In this document: positions 24,901 to 37,486 of the stretch, in pieces | How positions within the stretch are numbered: position 1 is the first letter of the stretch | Layout of the letters: every line of letters begins with the position of its first letter | Source: Octopus bimaculoides | Taxonomy: Eukaryota | Assembly: GCF_001194135.2 (NCBI RefSeq) | Contig: NC_068992.1 | Location: 47,932,248 to 47,973,863 of the forward strand | Length of the DNA stretch: 41,616 bases | Reading direction: 5' to 3' | Notes under the pieces: generated by a model | The model's database searches: none | What the model was told of the DNA's origin: nothing | What the model saw: only the letters and a program-made list of their open reading frames with translations | Position numbers and translations under genes: made by a program

Positions 24901-25189
24901 TTAAATGACGATAGCGATATATATATATATACATACACACAAAAATGGCAAAATATCGGTATCCTGTCTATGACTTTCAGGTGATGCAACACCCAGTGTT
25001 ATGAGAGTCATTCCCAACATGCTATACTGCAGTATACTAGCAAACTATCAAAACACATACACTGACTATGTGCAGCTGATAATGATATATATATATTATA
25101 TATATATGTATATATATATCCTGTTTCTATGCATTTATGTATGTATATGTGTGTGTGTGTACATATGCAGACATGTACACATGTGACCG

Positions 25190-25735
25190 TATTATATACT
25201 AAACTTCTGCAATATTTTACAACATTCACAGTTCCATTAATGGCTTACAGTCGTAAATTTCTTAATTAGCCATGTCCTTTCTAGTTTGGTGAATTCCAGT
25301 TTTGCCAGAATTGGGTGTTGAAGCAGTTAGTTACAGAAGCAAGCACCATACTCCAATAATTACCAGTTTAAATCTAAAGTCATAACCCAGTTGGAATATC
25401 TGCAGATTTTTTCATTACTTTGACATAGATGTATTCTTTTTTCTTTTATCTCAAGCACAGTGTTAACATCTGCTAGACAACTAATTTCCACTACTGTGCA
25501 CAATTCCTTTTCTGCCCCAGACCATTATGTCTGGTCTGTTAAGTCTACATTTTACAGAAGTTTTGACAAGAATATTGTACCATTATTTTTTCATTTTCTC
25601 AGTCATTATGCCCTCTATATCACTGCAACTTCTTGCATATTGATCCCCAGAACTTCCTACAAATTACATTAGACAGAATTCTGTCCACTATATCCTATAT
25701 CATGCCTCATAGGGAAAGAGTACCACAATGTAATT
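25190..25735 (-). pseudogene. Decayed restriction-like endonuclease (RLE) C-terminus of an R4/Dong-like LINE
   Basis: Motifs PMRHDI (about 25700), WYNILVKTSVKCRLNRPDIMVW (about 25517-25585) and ELCTVVEISCLADVN (PD-(D/E)xK nuclease), with frameshifts. Confidence 0.8.
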
Positions 25736-25759
25736 GAGCTTTACTTTACATACTTCATT

Positions 25760-25825
25760 ATAACAACAGCTATCATCATCATCACCATAACGATAACAAC
25801 AAGGATGAGGATAATGATAACAATG

Positions 25826-25859
<34 letters not shown>

Positions 25860-26005
25860 TGATGATGATGGTAACAACAACAGTAATGACAATGATGATG
25901 ATAATAAGGGTGGTAATGATGATAATCATAATGATAATAATGATGATGATGAGAGTAATAATAATAATAGTAATAATGATAATAATGATAATAATATTGA
26001 TTTTA
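25760..26005. repeat. (GAT/AAT)n microsatellite array
   Basis: Directly visible. Confidence 0.9.
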
Positions 26006-26374
26006 TTTATTTACCACAAGGGTGAAGGATGAGGGGTACGATACAAAGACAGACATAAAGTGTGGTGGTTTACATACAATGCAGGGATAAAACAATAAAG
26101 GGTAAGTATATACAGTATACACTGAAAAAAAGGGACATATGCATAGCAAACAAAGGTTTAAAAAAAATATAAAGGAAATGGATGGGGGCGGGGCGATGAT
26201 AGAGATATACAGGATGATCTCTAGGGGGCAATCAAGGAACCCTTCTGTACAAGATTTCCCTGAACTCCAAGAGCAAGTGTCCTCTCCAATTCCTTCTCTC
26301 CACTCTTGCCATTTTCGCAACTTTCACCCACCTTTCAATAAACTCACTCTACGTATATATACCCACGTGCTGAT

Positions 26375-26835
26375 CTCTAATTGTGGAAGGAACGGAACCT
26401 GTTGAAGGGGTAGACCCAGGAAAACATGGGAGGATGGAAGGAAGTGGTGGGCCTCATGGTGGAGATGCTAAAGAACTGAGACTTCTGGCGATTTGCTGTA
26501 CTTGAGAAGATACATCAAACTAATCAAAATCACAACCATTTATATATATACAAACATGTCCTTTATGGCATTTTCCTTTATGGCCATGCCCTCACTCTCT
26601 CTGCCAGCCGAGAGGTTCTTGTGTTGCAAGTATTTGTGCCACGTAATATGCACTCGTGCTGGTGCCACATGAAAGCAGCCAGCACACTCTGTAAGGCATC
26701 TGGTGTTAGGAAAGGCATCCAGCCATAGAAATCATGCTAAAACAGACAAGTGAAGGCTGGACAGCACCCCAGCTGGCCAACTCCTGTCAAACTGTCCAAC
26801 CCATGTCAGCATGGAAAACAGACATTAAATGATGA
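26375..26835 (+). mobile_element. RTE-LINE 3' end plus tail
   Basis: GGGGTAGACCCAGGAAAACATGG (GRPRKTW) followed by the tail motif GGTGTTAGGAAAGGCATCCAGCC and (GAT)n. Confidence 0.7.
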
Positions 26836-27334
26836 CGATGACGACACAAGCGTACACACACATACACACACATACATATACAAACACACAGCCTTATACA
26901 CATTCTAGCTTTCAGTTTAGTGGAGCATGCTATACTGAGACATCATCTTCATGTCAATGTTTACAACAACATCATCACCATCATCTTCATCATCACTGTC
27001 CCCATCACCCTCACCACCACCATGTTTTAAGACATGTACCATATGCTTACTTCAAAATACCCTCCTCCATTTGTCTTGTTACTTAGCTACCTTAACAATA
27101 AACCATTTTCGTTTTCTTTTTATTTGCTTCTTCCTGCCTTTCTATCTGTCTTTCTTTCTCGCTTAGCAACTTTCTGTCTGTTTGTCGCCTACTCAGACAT
27201 GCCACATCCCACCATTTCCCTTCATCATTAGCATCTACCCGATGTTTTTGTTTTTCTTCTTCTACACTTTCTCATCTAGTTATCCATTTCGTCTGTCAAA
27301 CACTAGCAACATGCAGCAATTTGGTGCACCATCA

Positions 27335-27735
27335 GGTTACACTCACACACACACACACACCAACACATCAACTCACACACTACCACCACACATATTTACA
27401 CATCAACTCACACTTTGCCAGCCACCCTACAGCAACCAACCAACACACACACACACACATCAGCTCACAAACCAATATTCACAGAAACACACGCACAACT
27501 ACCACTATGCATACATGATACACACAGCCACATGTCAACAAACTTATATAACAACACACACCAATACACACACAGGCACACACACACATACATATATATA
27601 CATAGATACCAGCTCACACATCAACATTCACAGAAACACACACCCAGCTGCAACCATATATACATGATACACAAAACCTCACACATGTCAACAGANNNNN
27701 NNNNNCACACACACACACACACACACACACAAAAG
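27335..27735. repeat. (CA)-rich degenerate satellite with an about 130-bp internal tandem duplication
   Basis: CAGCTCACA...ATTCACAGAAACACAC...ACATGATACACA...CACATGTCAACA occurs twice. Confidence 0.75.
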
Positions 27736-28584
27736 TATTTCAACTTCAACTTTTACATTAGATATTGTAGAAATTTATTACTGTAGTTACATAATTGACT
27801 CCTGTCTCTTCTACTTCGTCCCCACAAGCCATTATCCACCCTCGTTCGCAAACCCATGATCTCTCTCTCACAGCCAGTTTTTCTCACACTCACTGTCCTT
27901 CTCAGCCACCCCTCTTTCTCACATCTATCCTCATTCTTATATCCACCTTCTTTCTTATAGCCACTTTTTTCCCTCCACCACTCTCCTCTTTAAATATACC
28001 CACTTTCTTTCTCACAGCCACCCCATTTTCTCCTACCCACCTTCTTTTCCAGCCACCCACTTACTGATTTCCATGGTTTTGCAGCTAACCAAAGTAACTT
28101 TGCAGCTGATTTTAGTGGATTTTCCACATTGAATTTGCTTATTATGTCTGTATGTCTTATTTTCTTTCCATTTTTATTCNNNNNNNNNNATTTTTATTCT
28201 TGTTTCATCGTTTGTTTGTTTCTAACTTGGCAACAGATGGCGCCTGTTTGGGCAGAAAGGGTAGAGATGAAATATGCTGCTGCAACTTCTTCTTATGATG
28301 TCTGTCATCTCTGTCGATTTGATTGGATTGGCTTGGTAGCACTTAAAAATCTTAGACTAGATTGGAAACATGCTTTATTTAGAGTGCTAGATAGATCCAT
28401 CAGTTCATTCCAAATGTTTTCAAACATTATATAGTGTTATATGCCCAAAATTTGAAGGAAATAACTAACAAGCACTAACCTAATTGTTTGATAGCTCAAT
28501 GTAGTACCTATATATCCACAGGATCCACCAGACAAGCTTCTATGCAGTCACTTCAATCAACTTTTTATATAATCAATTCATCTA

Positions 28585-28720
28585 TCTTTTATAGACTCAA
28601 TTAAATTATATATAAAGTCAATTAAACTATATATAGAGTCAATTAAACTATATATAGAGTCAATTAAGCTTTTATAGAGTAACTCAAAATATCTTTTACA
28701 GAGTCACTTAAAGTATCTTC
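28585..28720. repeat. About 21-bp minisatellite (ATAGAGTCAATTAAACTATAT)n
   Basis: About six progressively decaying tandem copies. Confidence 0.85.
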
Positions 28721-29057
28721 TATGTGATCACTAGCATAGCTATAATCACAGATGTGACTGTGTGGTTAAGAAGTTCCATTTTGCAACCATGTGATTTTGG
28801 GTTCAGTCTCACTACATTGTACTTTGGGCAAGTGTCTTCTACTATAGCCTGGGGCGAACCAATACCTTTTAAGTGAATTTGGTTGAGGGAAATTGTGGTA
28901 GCCCATCATGTGCATGTGTGTGTGTGTGTGTATTCTTAGCCTTGACAAGAAGTGTAGTTTGTTTATGTTCTCGTAGCTTAGTGGTTTGGCAAGAAAGAGA
29001 CTGACAGAATAAATGCTAGACTTAAAATAAGTACTGAGATAACTTGTTCATCTAAAC

Positions 29058-29736
29058 CAGTGATTCCCAATATAGGGCACACCCCCCACTAATGGGGCCT
29101 GGGAAAATTGTGGTGGGATGAGCGACCCAAAATCTTTTTCTTTTTTAGTGGGTCACAGAATTGTGAAGATCTTTTTTCCACAGCAAACATACTACACCTA
29201 TACTCAGCCTAGGCTGTTTGCTTCAGTATAGAGCTATTTTAATGCCCTAGTGTGGATATTTCTTTAAGGAAAGTATATAATTATGAAATATTAAGAATAA
29301 ATTGTTTTTTTCCGACTGCCAATGGAGCATATATTTATATACACATAGTTGTGCATTTAGCTTTATAATGTTTAAATTTGGGGATAAATTTGTCAGTGGG
29401 TAGTTTAGCTTAATGGTAAAGCACTCAGTCAGAGTCTTTGAGGGATGTGGCTTCAAGTCCCATGACTGTTAGCTGACAAATTTTTCTGCTTTGTAAAGGT
29501 AATTTACCCAATATTTCTGCTGTTCTAACAGCATTTCTGCCTTCAAAAAAATTAGCATTTTATTTGTATCATACAATACACATTTCAATGCTTTGAAAAA
29601 AAAAAAGTTATTTTGTTTATATTTATATACACGTAGTTAAGAATAGATTGTTTTTTTTTTCTGACTGCCAGTGGGACATACATTTTTCAGCAAAGTTATA
29701 GTGGGGCCTGGGAGAAAATAGGTTGGGGAAACACTG
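29058..29736. mobile_element. hAT (Charlie-like) non-autonomous element
   Basis: TIRs CAGTGATTCCCAA / TTGGGGAAACACTG, with 8-bp flanks ATCTAAAC / ATTAAAAC (6/8) as a decayed TSD. Confidence 0.7.
29398..29468 (+). other. tRNA-like Pol III promoter relic inside the hAT element
   Basis: TAGCTTAATGG (A box) and GGCTTCAAGTCCC (B-box-like) at tRNA-like spacing. Not a complete cloverleaf. Confidence 0.5.
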
Positions 29737-30272
29737 ATTAAAACCCTTCAGGTAACTCCCCAGTATTTCCACATTCCAATGAATGTAACACGTAAAAGAA
29801 TAAAAGAACGATCAGTTAAACAAGAAACTTGTATATTGGTGCTTCTCAGACTTTCTAATTATTGCCCATTTACTTTTATTAACACTTTATCGATGTCTCT
29901 TGAACATCACCACTGCCATTTTTAATAAGCATACAGGTAATATAAGACAAAGGTAACTTAGTTTCAAGGAATTATTTGAAACAGGTGACAATAAGAATGT
30001 ATATAACACATCAGTGTTTGAACTTAGTAACTGACCCAATCTTTGGTACATGGCTTCAGTCAGGTATGTATTCTTTGAGCTTGAGAGAGAGAGAGAGAGA
30101 AAGGAAGAATTATAATTATATTCTATATAATTATATATCTACATATGAATTTTACCTAAAATGGATTTTTTTATATGCTGGCCACTGATAAAATTCATTG
30201 ATTTTTAATGAGTTTATCCTTTAATTATGTTTATATATGTAGTTGGAAAAGATTAGAGATCTATACAAATCT

Positions 30273-30558
30273 AATTTTTATATATAAAAGATGGAGGTGG
30301 AAATAGCACAGAAGTAAATCTAAGACATTTCAATTTAAGAGGGAATTTAATAAAAATAATTTTTAAAAATTATATAAAGAAAACATTACCAGTTTTGTTG
30401 AATCTCATCTATCAAATATCAGTAAAAATTTATAAAAATTTGAAGTAAAAAGTTTATCTTCTGTCTGGAGGTCAAGAACATGTCTTATTAAATTCCTTCT
30501 TAAATTGAAATATCTTGCTTCTGTGTTATTTTCACCTCCATCTTTTATATACAAAAAT
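30273..30558. repeat. Foldback structure: ~80-bp inverted arms with ~130-bp spacer
   Basis: TATATAAAAGATGGAGGTGGAAATAGCACAGAAG...TTTCAATTTAAGAGGGAATTTAATAA (30273-30353) versus the reverse complement of 30486-30558. Confidence 0.85.
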
Positions 30559-30563
30559 TTGAT

Positions 30564-30589
30564 AAATATGCCCTTATAAGGGCATATTT
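30564..30589. repeat. Perfect 26-bp palindrome
   Basis: AAATATGCCCTTA|TAAGGGCATATTT. Confidence 0.95.
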
Positions 30590-32135
30590 GTTTTTGTATT
30601 TCTATTTACAGTTGTATTGTCAATATTTAAACACACTGATTTCTTAACCCATGTGCAAGTTTACATGCATCTGTTTATAGGTGTGGGTAGTTTATGAGAT
30701 TAACATATGTTACTCATTGCTAGAATCAACCATGTTCAAGCATGTACATATTGACTGGTGTATTGATACAAGTCAGGATGTAATCTAATGCTAAAGGTGC
30801 AGTGACTGTCTTTGTTGCATGTATGGAAATACTCAAAATTTTGACAGTCTCTTAAATTTTATTCTAATTTGTTTATAGTCTATGTACTTGAGTGGTATTT
30901 ATTTATTGTTGGAATTTTACTCACATTTCTAATCTACTATTATTGTTACTGTTTTCATCATTGCTATAGTATTTTATAATTATAGTTAACAAGCAGTTTA
31001 TCACAATATTATATTTAAATCATTTTAAAGTGAATATTTAAAGAGGAAACAAACATAAAAAACCTGCATAGATATATCTACCATCTATTAACCTCCACTG
31101 GTTCTTTGTCACCAGTACCCATATAAAATTTTCCAGCACCCCTAGGGGCTATATAGTTGTATACATATGCTGTTCTCTCAACAGTTACTCAAATTAAGAG
31201 GTTCAATAAATTCCCAAAAGAAATTTGATGCAAGAGACCTCGTATGTGCTCATATGATTTACTAACAATAGTAATCAAGCATTCTTTCAACTAATCATTG
31301 TTCGTCATTTCAATAGGGACTACAAAGGTTGCAAAAGATTTTCTGTAACTTATTCAATACGCATAAAATTTCAATGCATATTAATGCCTCACAGAACCAC
31401 AAACATTAAAAAATTTTTCAGAAATTTAGATGCAACAGTTTGAAGTCTATGTTTTCCCCTAATACCAACCACTTGTCAGAATGTACTGGGTGATTTATTT
31501 CATAGCACCAGCATTAGTGAGGTTATCATCTAACTTACAAGACCTCCTCTACTTAGAGGGATTACAGGAGAGAAGCAGGCAGTTTTATGTTAGGTATTGA
31601 GAGGTTAAATTTTAAATGAAGATGTTTTTTTGCTGCAGAGGTGAACATGGTTACCTTGCATTGCATAAGAGTAGACAGGGGTAACCAAGATGGAGCTGGA
31701 AAGAGAGATAAAGATGGTGGTGGCAAGGTGAGCTTGCAAGGTATGAAGAGAATAGAATATAAAAGGGAAACAAACAAAAAAAAATACAGAAAAGGTGGTG
31801 AGAAATTATAAGAGTGTCTGGAGAATTGAGAAATGTTTAGAAATGATGTAAAGATAAGGAGTAAATATAGTGAATTGGGGAACAAGAGTGAAGGTTAGTT
31901 CAAAGATAAATCTGAATTGGAAGTGAGAGGAAGTGATGACTGGCAATGCTGAAAAGGTAAAAGACAGCGACATAGCAATAATACAGTCAATGAGGGAGAT
32001 GATATATATAATCAAAACAATTTTAAACTAATATTTTAGACAATTAGATGTATTGTGTAATATTTTCATCATTTGAACTACTTCTACAACTACAACTACT
32101 ACTACTTGCAAACATAATAGTAAGTATATAAAAGT

Positions 32136-32172
<37 letters not shown>

Positions 32173-32759
32173 NNNNNNNNNNNNNNNNNNNNNNNNNNNN
32201 NNNNNNNNNNNNNNNNNNNNNNNNNNNNNNNNNNNNNNNNNNNNNNNNNNNNNNNNNNNNNNNNNNNNNNNNNNNNNNNNNNNNNNNNNNNNNNNNNNNN
32301 NNNNNNNNNNNNNNNNNNNNNNNNNNNNNNNNNNNNNNNNNNNNNNNNNNNNNNNNNNNNNNNNNNNNNNNNNNNNNNNNNNNNNNNNNNNNNNNNNNNN
32401 NNNNNNNNNNNNNNNNNNNNNNNNNNNNNNNNNNNNNNNNNNNNNNNNNNNNNNNNNNNNNNNNNNNNNNNNNNNNNNNNNNNNNNNNNNNNNNNNNNNN
32501 NNNNNNNNNNNNNNNNNNNNNNNNNNNNNNNNNNNNNNNNNNNNNNNNNNNNNNNNNNNNNNNNNNNNNNNNNNNNNNNNNNNNNNNNNNNNNNNNNNNN
32601 NNNNNNNNNNNNNNNNNNNNNNNNNNNNNNNNNNNNNNNNNNNNNNNNNNNNNNNNNNNNNNNNNNNNNNNNNNNNNNNNTATATATATAAGCATTGCCA
32701 CAGAAACTTAGCAGTCACAGAAATCAGACGATACTTAGAATAATGGTATGTGAAGTCAC

Positions 32760-32843
32760 CTGGTAAGTCTTGAAATTCTAGTTCCATAAGTTTGGGTAAT
32801 TTCAGTTGAGTGTTATGTGTTGCGAGTTGAAATGTCTGCCTAC
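32760..32843 (-). CDS. Candidate internal exon (G-RQTFQLATHNTQLKLPKLMELEFQDLP)
   Basis: Acceptor aattactgttttctttgatctaacag| and donor CCAG|gtgact. Only one frame is open, and it is phase-compatible with 38450-38510. Protein not recognised. Confidence 0.3.
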
Positions 32844-33184
32844 CTGTTAGATCAAAGAAAACAGTAATTAGCATTTGGCATTATTTTATTTCATTTCAGT
32901 TATTATAATTATTTTCTCTCTTTTTAAAAAAAAAAGAAAAGAAAACAAGAAGCAGGCACTTACAATAAAAATATGAGAGAATGAAATACAAACCTATCCG
33001 ACCCATAACCTGAAATAAAGTCTTGCAAACATGCTAAAATAGTGATGGGCAATGTTGTTTATGATGATGATGATGTTGATGACAATGATGATGATGGTGG
33101 GATGATTACATTGATCTGATTGCTTAACTCTTGATACCGATCCAAATGAGACAGCTCCTGGTTCTTGGATACAAACTTCATGTT

Positions 33185-33408
33185 TTAACCCTTCAGCTTT
33201 CACATTATTCTGTCCAATGCAATGCTTATTTATTTGCATCATGAATTACCAATGCATTATCTCATAGCTTTTAAATTTCAATGATGTGATTATTTAATTT
33301 TAGAAGAAATTATTAAGTAGGTGTGAGAGGCTGAATACGGCCAGTCCTAACATAAAACCAGCTGAATATTTCGGCCGGTGGTGGCCTGTTTAAATGCTAG
33401 AGGATTAA
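33185..33408. mobile_element. TTAA-flanked piggyBac-like MITE
   Basis: TTAA-CCCTTCAGC...GCTAGAGGA-TTAA. A related partial copy lies at 15650-15750. Confidence 0.65.
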
Positions 33409-34608
33409 AGTGATATCATCATTCTTTTAATGTTCACTTTTCTATGCTTGCATCAGTCAGACATAGTGTACTGAGGCGGGTTATGTTCTGGCTAGATGGC
33501 CTTCCTGTTGCTAACCCTCACCTGTTTCCAAATAAGGTAACAATATTTCACCCTGGCCAAACATGCATATATACACATATAATACTGCAATTGAATACCC
33601 TGCTTGTATGACAACAACAATCATTTTATGACTATTAGATGTAAAGACAAGAAGCTACAAACATACATAAAGTCACCCGCATACATATAGACACAGACAC
33701 ACATATAAGCATATATGATGGGCTTCGTTCAATTTCTTATTTCTTTATTACCCACAAGGGGTTAAACATAGAGGGAACAAACAAGGACAGATAAACGGAT
33801 TAAGTCAATTTCATCAAACCCCGTGCATAACCGGTACTTAATTTATCAACCCCGAAAGGATGAAAGGCAAAGTCGACCTCGGCAGAATTTGAACTCAGAA
33901 CATAATGGCATGCTAATGTTTCTGCCAGCATGCCGCTTCATTCAGTTTCTGTTTACCAAATTCACACACAATGCTTTGGTCAGCTCATGCCTATAGAAGG
34001 CATTTGCCCAAGGTCCTGTGCAGTGGGATTGAACAGAGGACCATGTGGTTTGGAAGCAAACTTCATAACACACAGCCATATATTAAAACATTCCATCATC
34101 TTTGTTGTCACCGTCATCATCATCTTTATTTTAACATCCAATTTTTTTGTGCTTACGTGGGTCCGATAGAATTCATTGAGGCAGATTGTCTAGTGACATG
34201 TACTGACTGTTGCTAACTCTCACCTTATTCCAAGTATAGTAATATGATGGCAATTCTTGTTCGTTATTACCACATGCTACCAAGACACACACACACACAC
34301 ACACACACATACACATACAGAGTTTTAATCTACCAAATCCACTCGCAAGGCTTAGGACAACTCAGGGCCATAGCAGAAGATGCTTGCCCAAGGTGCTACA
34401 CTTTCAAACTGGAGCTAAAACCATGGAGGTGAGAAGCAAGCTTCTTAACCAGGCAGCTACTAGTTGGAATAAATAGTATATTAGTATAAATGTAGCTAGT
34501 ATGAATGTTAGTACGAATATATTGATACATTAGTAAGTATAATGTGATTAACACAGAATTAATTAATTGACAAGCAATAACAACAACAGCAGCTGCATTT
34601 ATTTATAG

Positions 34609-34681
34609 ATGTTCTAGAAACCCATAACGAAGAGTTCATTGGGAGCAGATGGATAAATGAATTTAATCAAAATTACTTGTA
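34609..34681 (+). CDS. Candidate duplicated exon, copy A (xVLETHNEEFIGSRWINEFNQNYL*)
   Basis: Acceptor gcatttatttatag|. Only the phase-1 frame is open. After 70 nt there is a GT that overlaps TTG-TAA. Confidence 0.5.
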
Positions 34682-35469
34682 ATTGTGGGTAGTGGTGGTG
34701 GTGGTGGTAGTGATGCTAGTGGTGGTAATGTGGGTGGTGGGGGTGGTAAATACAGTATTATGGTGATGATGGTGGTGATGGTGATGATGGTGGTGCTGCT
34801 AATGATGATAATGATTATGATGATGACAATCATCATGCACCTCTGCTTCCTCATCGGCTTCAAGATGGTAGTCATAATAACAGGGATGAGAGAGCTGATG
34901 ATGATGATCATCATTATCATCATCATCAGGATAGTTCTTCTGTGGTGGTGGTGGTGGTGGTGGTGGTGGTGGTGGTAGTGGTGGTGGTGTACATTTTAGT
35001 AATTGTGTCGGTGATGATGATGATGATGATGATGTGCTAATAAATAAAAGTGATGATGGCGTTGTTGCTTTATAACTCCAAATCAAAAAAAAATCCTCAA
35101 CCACATTCTATCCATGACCATCCAACTTATTGTCAGGTGTACCATGTTTAAATATGTAAATATGGTGTCTTGGTTATCATCCAGGTCAATGGATGAATAA
35201 GGTTTTAAGACAATATAATGATTTCAAATTTTGGAACAAAGCCAACAATTCTGGGGGAGGGGTTAAGTCGATTACACTGACCCCAGTATCCAACTGGTAC
35301 CTATTTTATGAACCCCAAAAGGATGAAAGGCAAAGATGGCCACAGCAGAATTTGAACTCAGACCATCAGGACGGATGAAACACCACTAAGCATTGAGTGT
35401 TTTGCCCAGCATGCATGATTCTGTCAGCTCACCCCTTTTATAAGACTATATAATCAAATGTGTTCTTCA

Positions 35470-35830
35470 TCATCATCATTATCATCGTTTAACATCTGCT
35501 TTCCATGCTAGCATGGGTTGGACGATTTGACTGAGGACTGGTGAACCAGATGGCTGCACCAGGCTCCAATCTGATTTGGCAGAGTTTCTACAGCTGGATG
35601 CCCTTCCTAACGCCAACCACTTCGAGAGTGTAGTGCGTGCTTTTACGTGCCACCGGCACGAAGGCCAGTCAGGCGGTACTGGCAACGGCCACGCTCGAAA
35701 TGGTGTATTTTACGTGCCACCTGCACATGAGTCAGTCCAGCAGCACTGGCAACGATCTCGCTCGAATGTCTTTACACATGCCAGCGGCACAAGTAACAGG
35801 AAGGCAACACCAGGCACAGGTGCCATCACG
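35470..35830 (-). mobile_element. RTE-tail SINE with an internal ~60-bp tandem duplication
   Basis: The unit CGAGCG.G..CGTTGCCAGT.C.GC..GACTG...GTGC.GGTGGCACGTAAAA occurs twice. Homologous to 1266-1570. Confidence 0.8.
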
Positions 35831-36108
35831 ATTTCATGATATATATATATATATGTATATATATGACAGGCTTCTTTCAGTATCCATCAACCAGATATCA
35901 ATATAGTTTGTATTAATATAAATAGCTTATAAGAATATAGTTTGTGTGTATATGTGTGAGTGAGTGAGTGTGTGTGTGTGTTCAATAGAATGTTAGAAAA
36001 AGTAAGGCTAATATATTAGTGCAAATATACAGTTACATTTGTATGATGTGATTAACACAAAAGAAGTTAATTAATTGACAAACAAACAACAATTGTATTT
36101 ATTTATAG

Positions 36109-36181
36109 ATGATCTAGAAACCCATAACGAAGAGTTCATCAAGAGCATATGGATAAACGAACTTAATGAAAATTACTGGTG
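36109..36181 (+). CDS. Candidate duplicated exon, copy B (xDLETHNEEFIKSIWINELNENYW*)
   Basis: Acceptor ttgtatttatttatag|. 61/70 nt identical to copy A with no indels, and the GT overlaps TGG-TGA at the same position. Confidence 0.5.
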
Positions 36182-37009
36182 ATAGTGGTGATGGTGGTGG
36201 TGGTAATAAAGATGAATTTTGTGGTTTGATGGCTGTGGTGAGATTTTTTGTGGTGGTCATGGCAGAGAGTGATACAGTGGTATGGCATGTGTACAGTTGT
36301 AGTGGTAAGGAATGGATATAGTGATGGTAGTGGGGCCAGGGTAGTGATGGTGGTAGAATATGGATGAGTGAAATGGAGGGGATAGATAGAATGGTAAGGG
36401 AGTGATGGTGGCAGTGCCAGTGGTGGTGGTGGTGGTATAGAATTAGAGAGAGAGAGATTGTGGTGGGAGGGAATGGCTATTGTATTACAGGTAGTGGTTG
36501 TGGCATTGATAATGGTTGCGATATGATGTTTGAGTTGACGGTATTGATGATGATGATGATGTTGGTGGTGGTGATGTTGATGATGAAGATGGTGGTAGTG
36601 ATGATGGTGTTGATGCTGGTGATGGTAATGGTGGAGGTGGTGATGGCGTTGTTGTTGTTGGTGGTGGTGGTGGTGGTGGTGGCGGTGGTGGTAGANNNNN
36701 NNNNNCTGGTGATGGTAATGGTGGAGGTGGTGATGGCGTTGTTGTTGTTGGTGGTGGTGGTGGTGGTGGTGGCGGTGGTGGTAGAATGCTTGTGAATGTG
36801 TAGTTCTGGTGGTGAGGGTGCTGTTGATTTGTAGTAGTTGAGCTTGTGGTGATGGTGATAGTGATGATGATGGTGTTAGTACTGATGCTGCTGCTGATGA
36901 TGGTGGTGGTGGTGATTGGGGGTGGGGTGCTTTTTATTGGCAATAGTTATAGTTGGTAGTAGGAGCCGGTGGAAATGGAGGAAACAGTCAGAACAATCAC
37001 TATGATGCT

Positions 37010-37051
<42 letters not shown>

Positions 37052-37150
37052 ACTCAAGACAGAGATATCCATGATGATGATATTCATGACAATAAGGATG
37101 ATGGAGGGAATGCTGAAAAAGTGGTGAGGAAGAAGGATAAAGATGATGCG
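36180..37150. repeat. (GGT/GAT/GCT)n degenerate trinucleotide field
   Basis: Directly visible. A similar field lies at 34685-35035. Confidence 0.9.
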
Positions 37151-37486
37151 AAAGGAGGAAGAGAAAGCGCAAGATGTCGACAATGATATATTAAACATAA
37201 AATAACAAAAACACCAATGCCAAGATGGCCAAAAGCCAAAACTCAGAAATTTCAATGACCAATTTTGAACATTTTGAAATACAAACATGAATGCTCATCC
37301 ACCAAGCTACCAACTGGGCCACAGACATTTTGAATTATAACCATACACACAAACACACACACACACACATAAATATACATATTTGTACTTGGATACATTA
37401 GAGGTCATAATATATATGTATCAATATGTATGATGTTGATAAAGAGAGGGAGTGTATGTATGTATGTATGTTAGTGTACATACATA

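Larger units (their letters stand above)
28745..29800 (+). mobile_element. CORE-like SINE interrupted by a DNA transposon
   Basis: SINE head and body at 28745-29057. The tail appears to resume at 29737 (AAAACCCTTCAGG...). Confidence 0.6.

Noticed and set aside
36953-37186. Acidic 77-aa ORF
   Set aside because: Derived from (GCT)(GAT)n microsatellite sequence.
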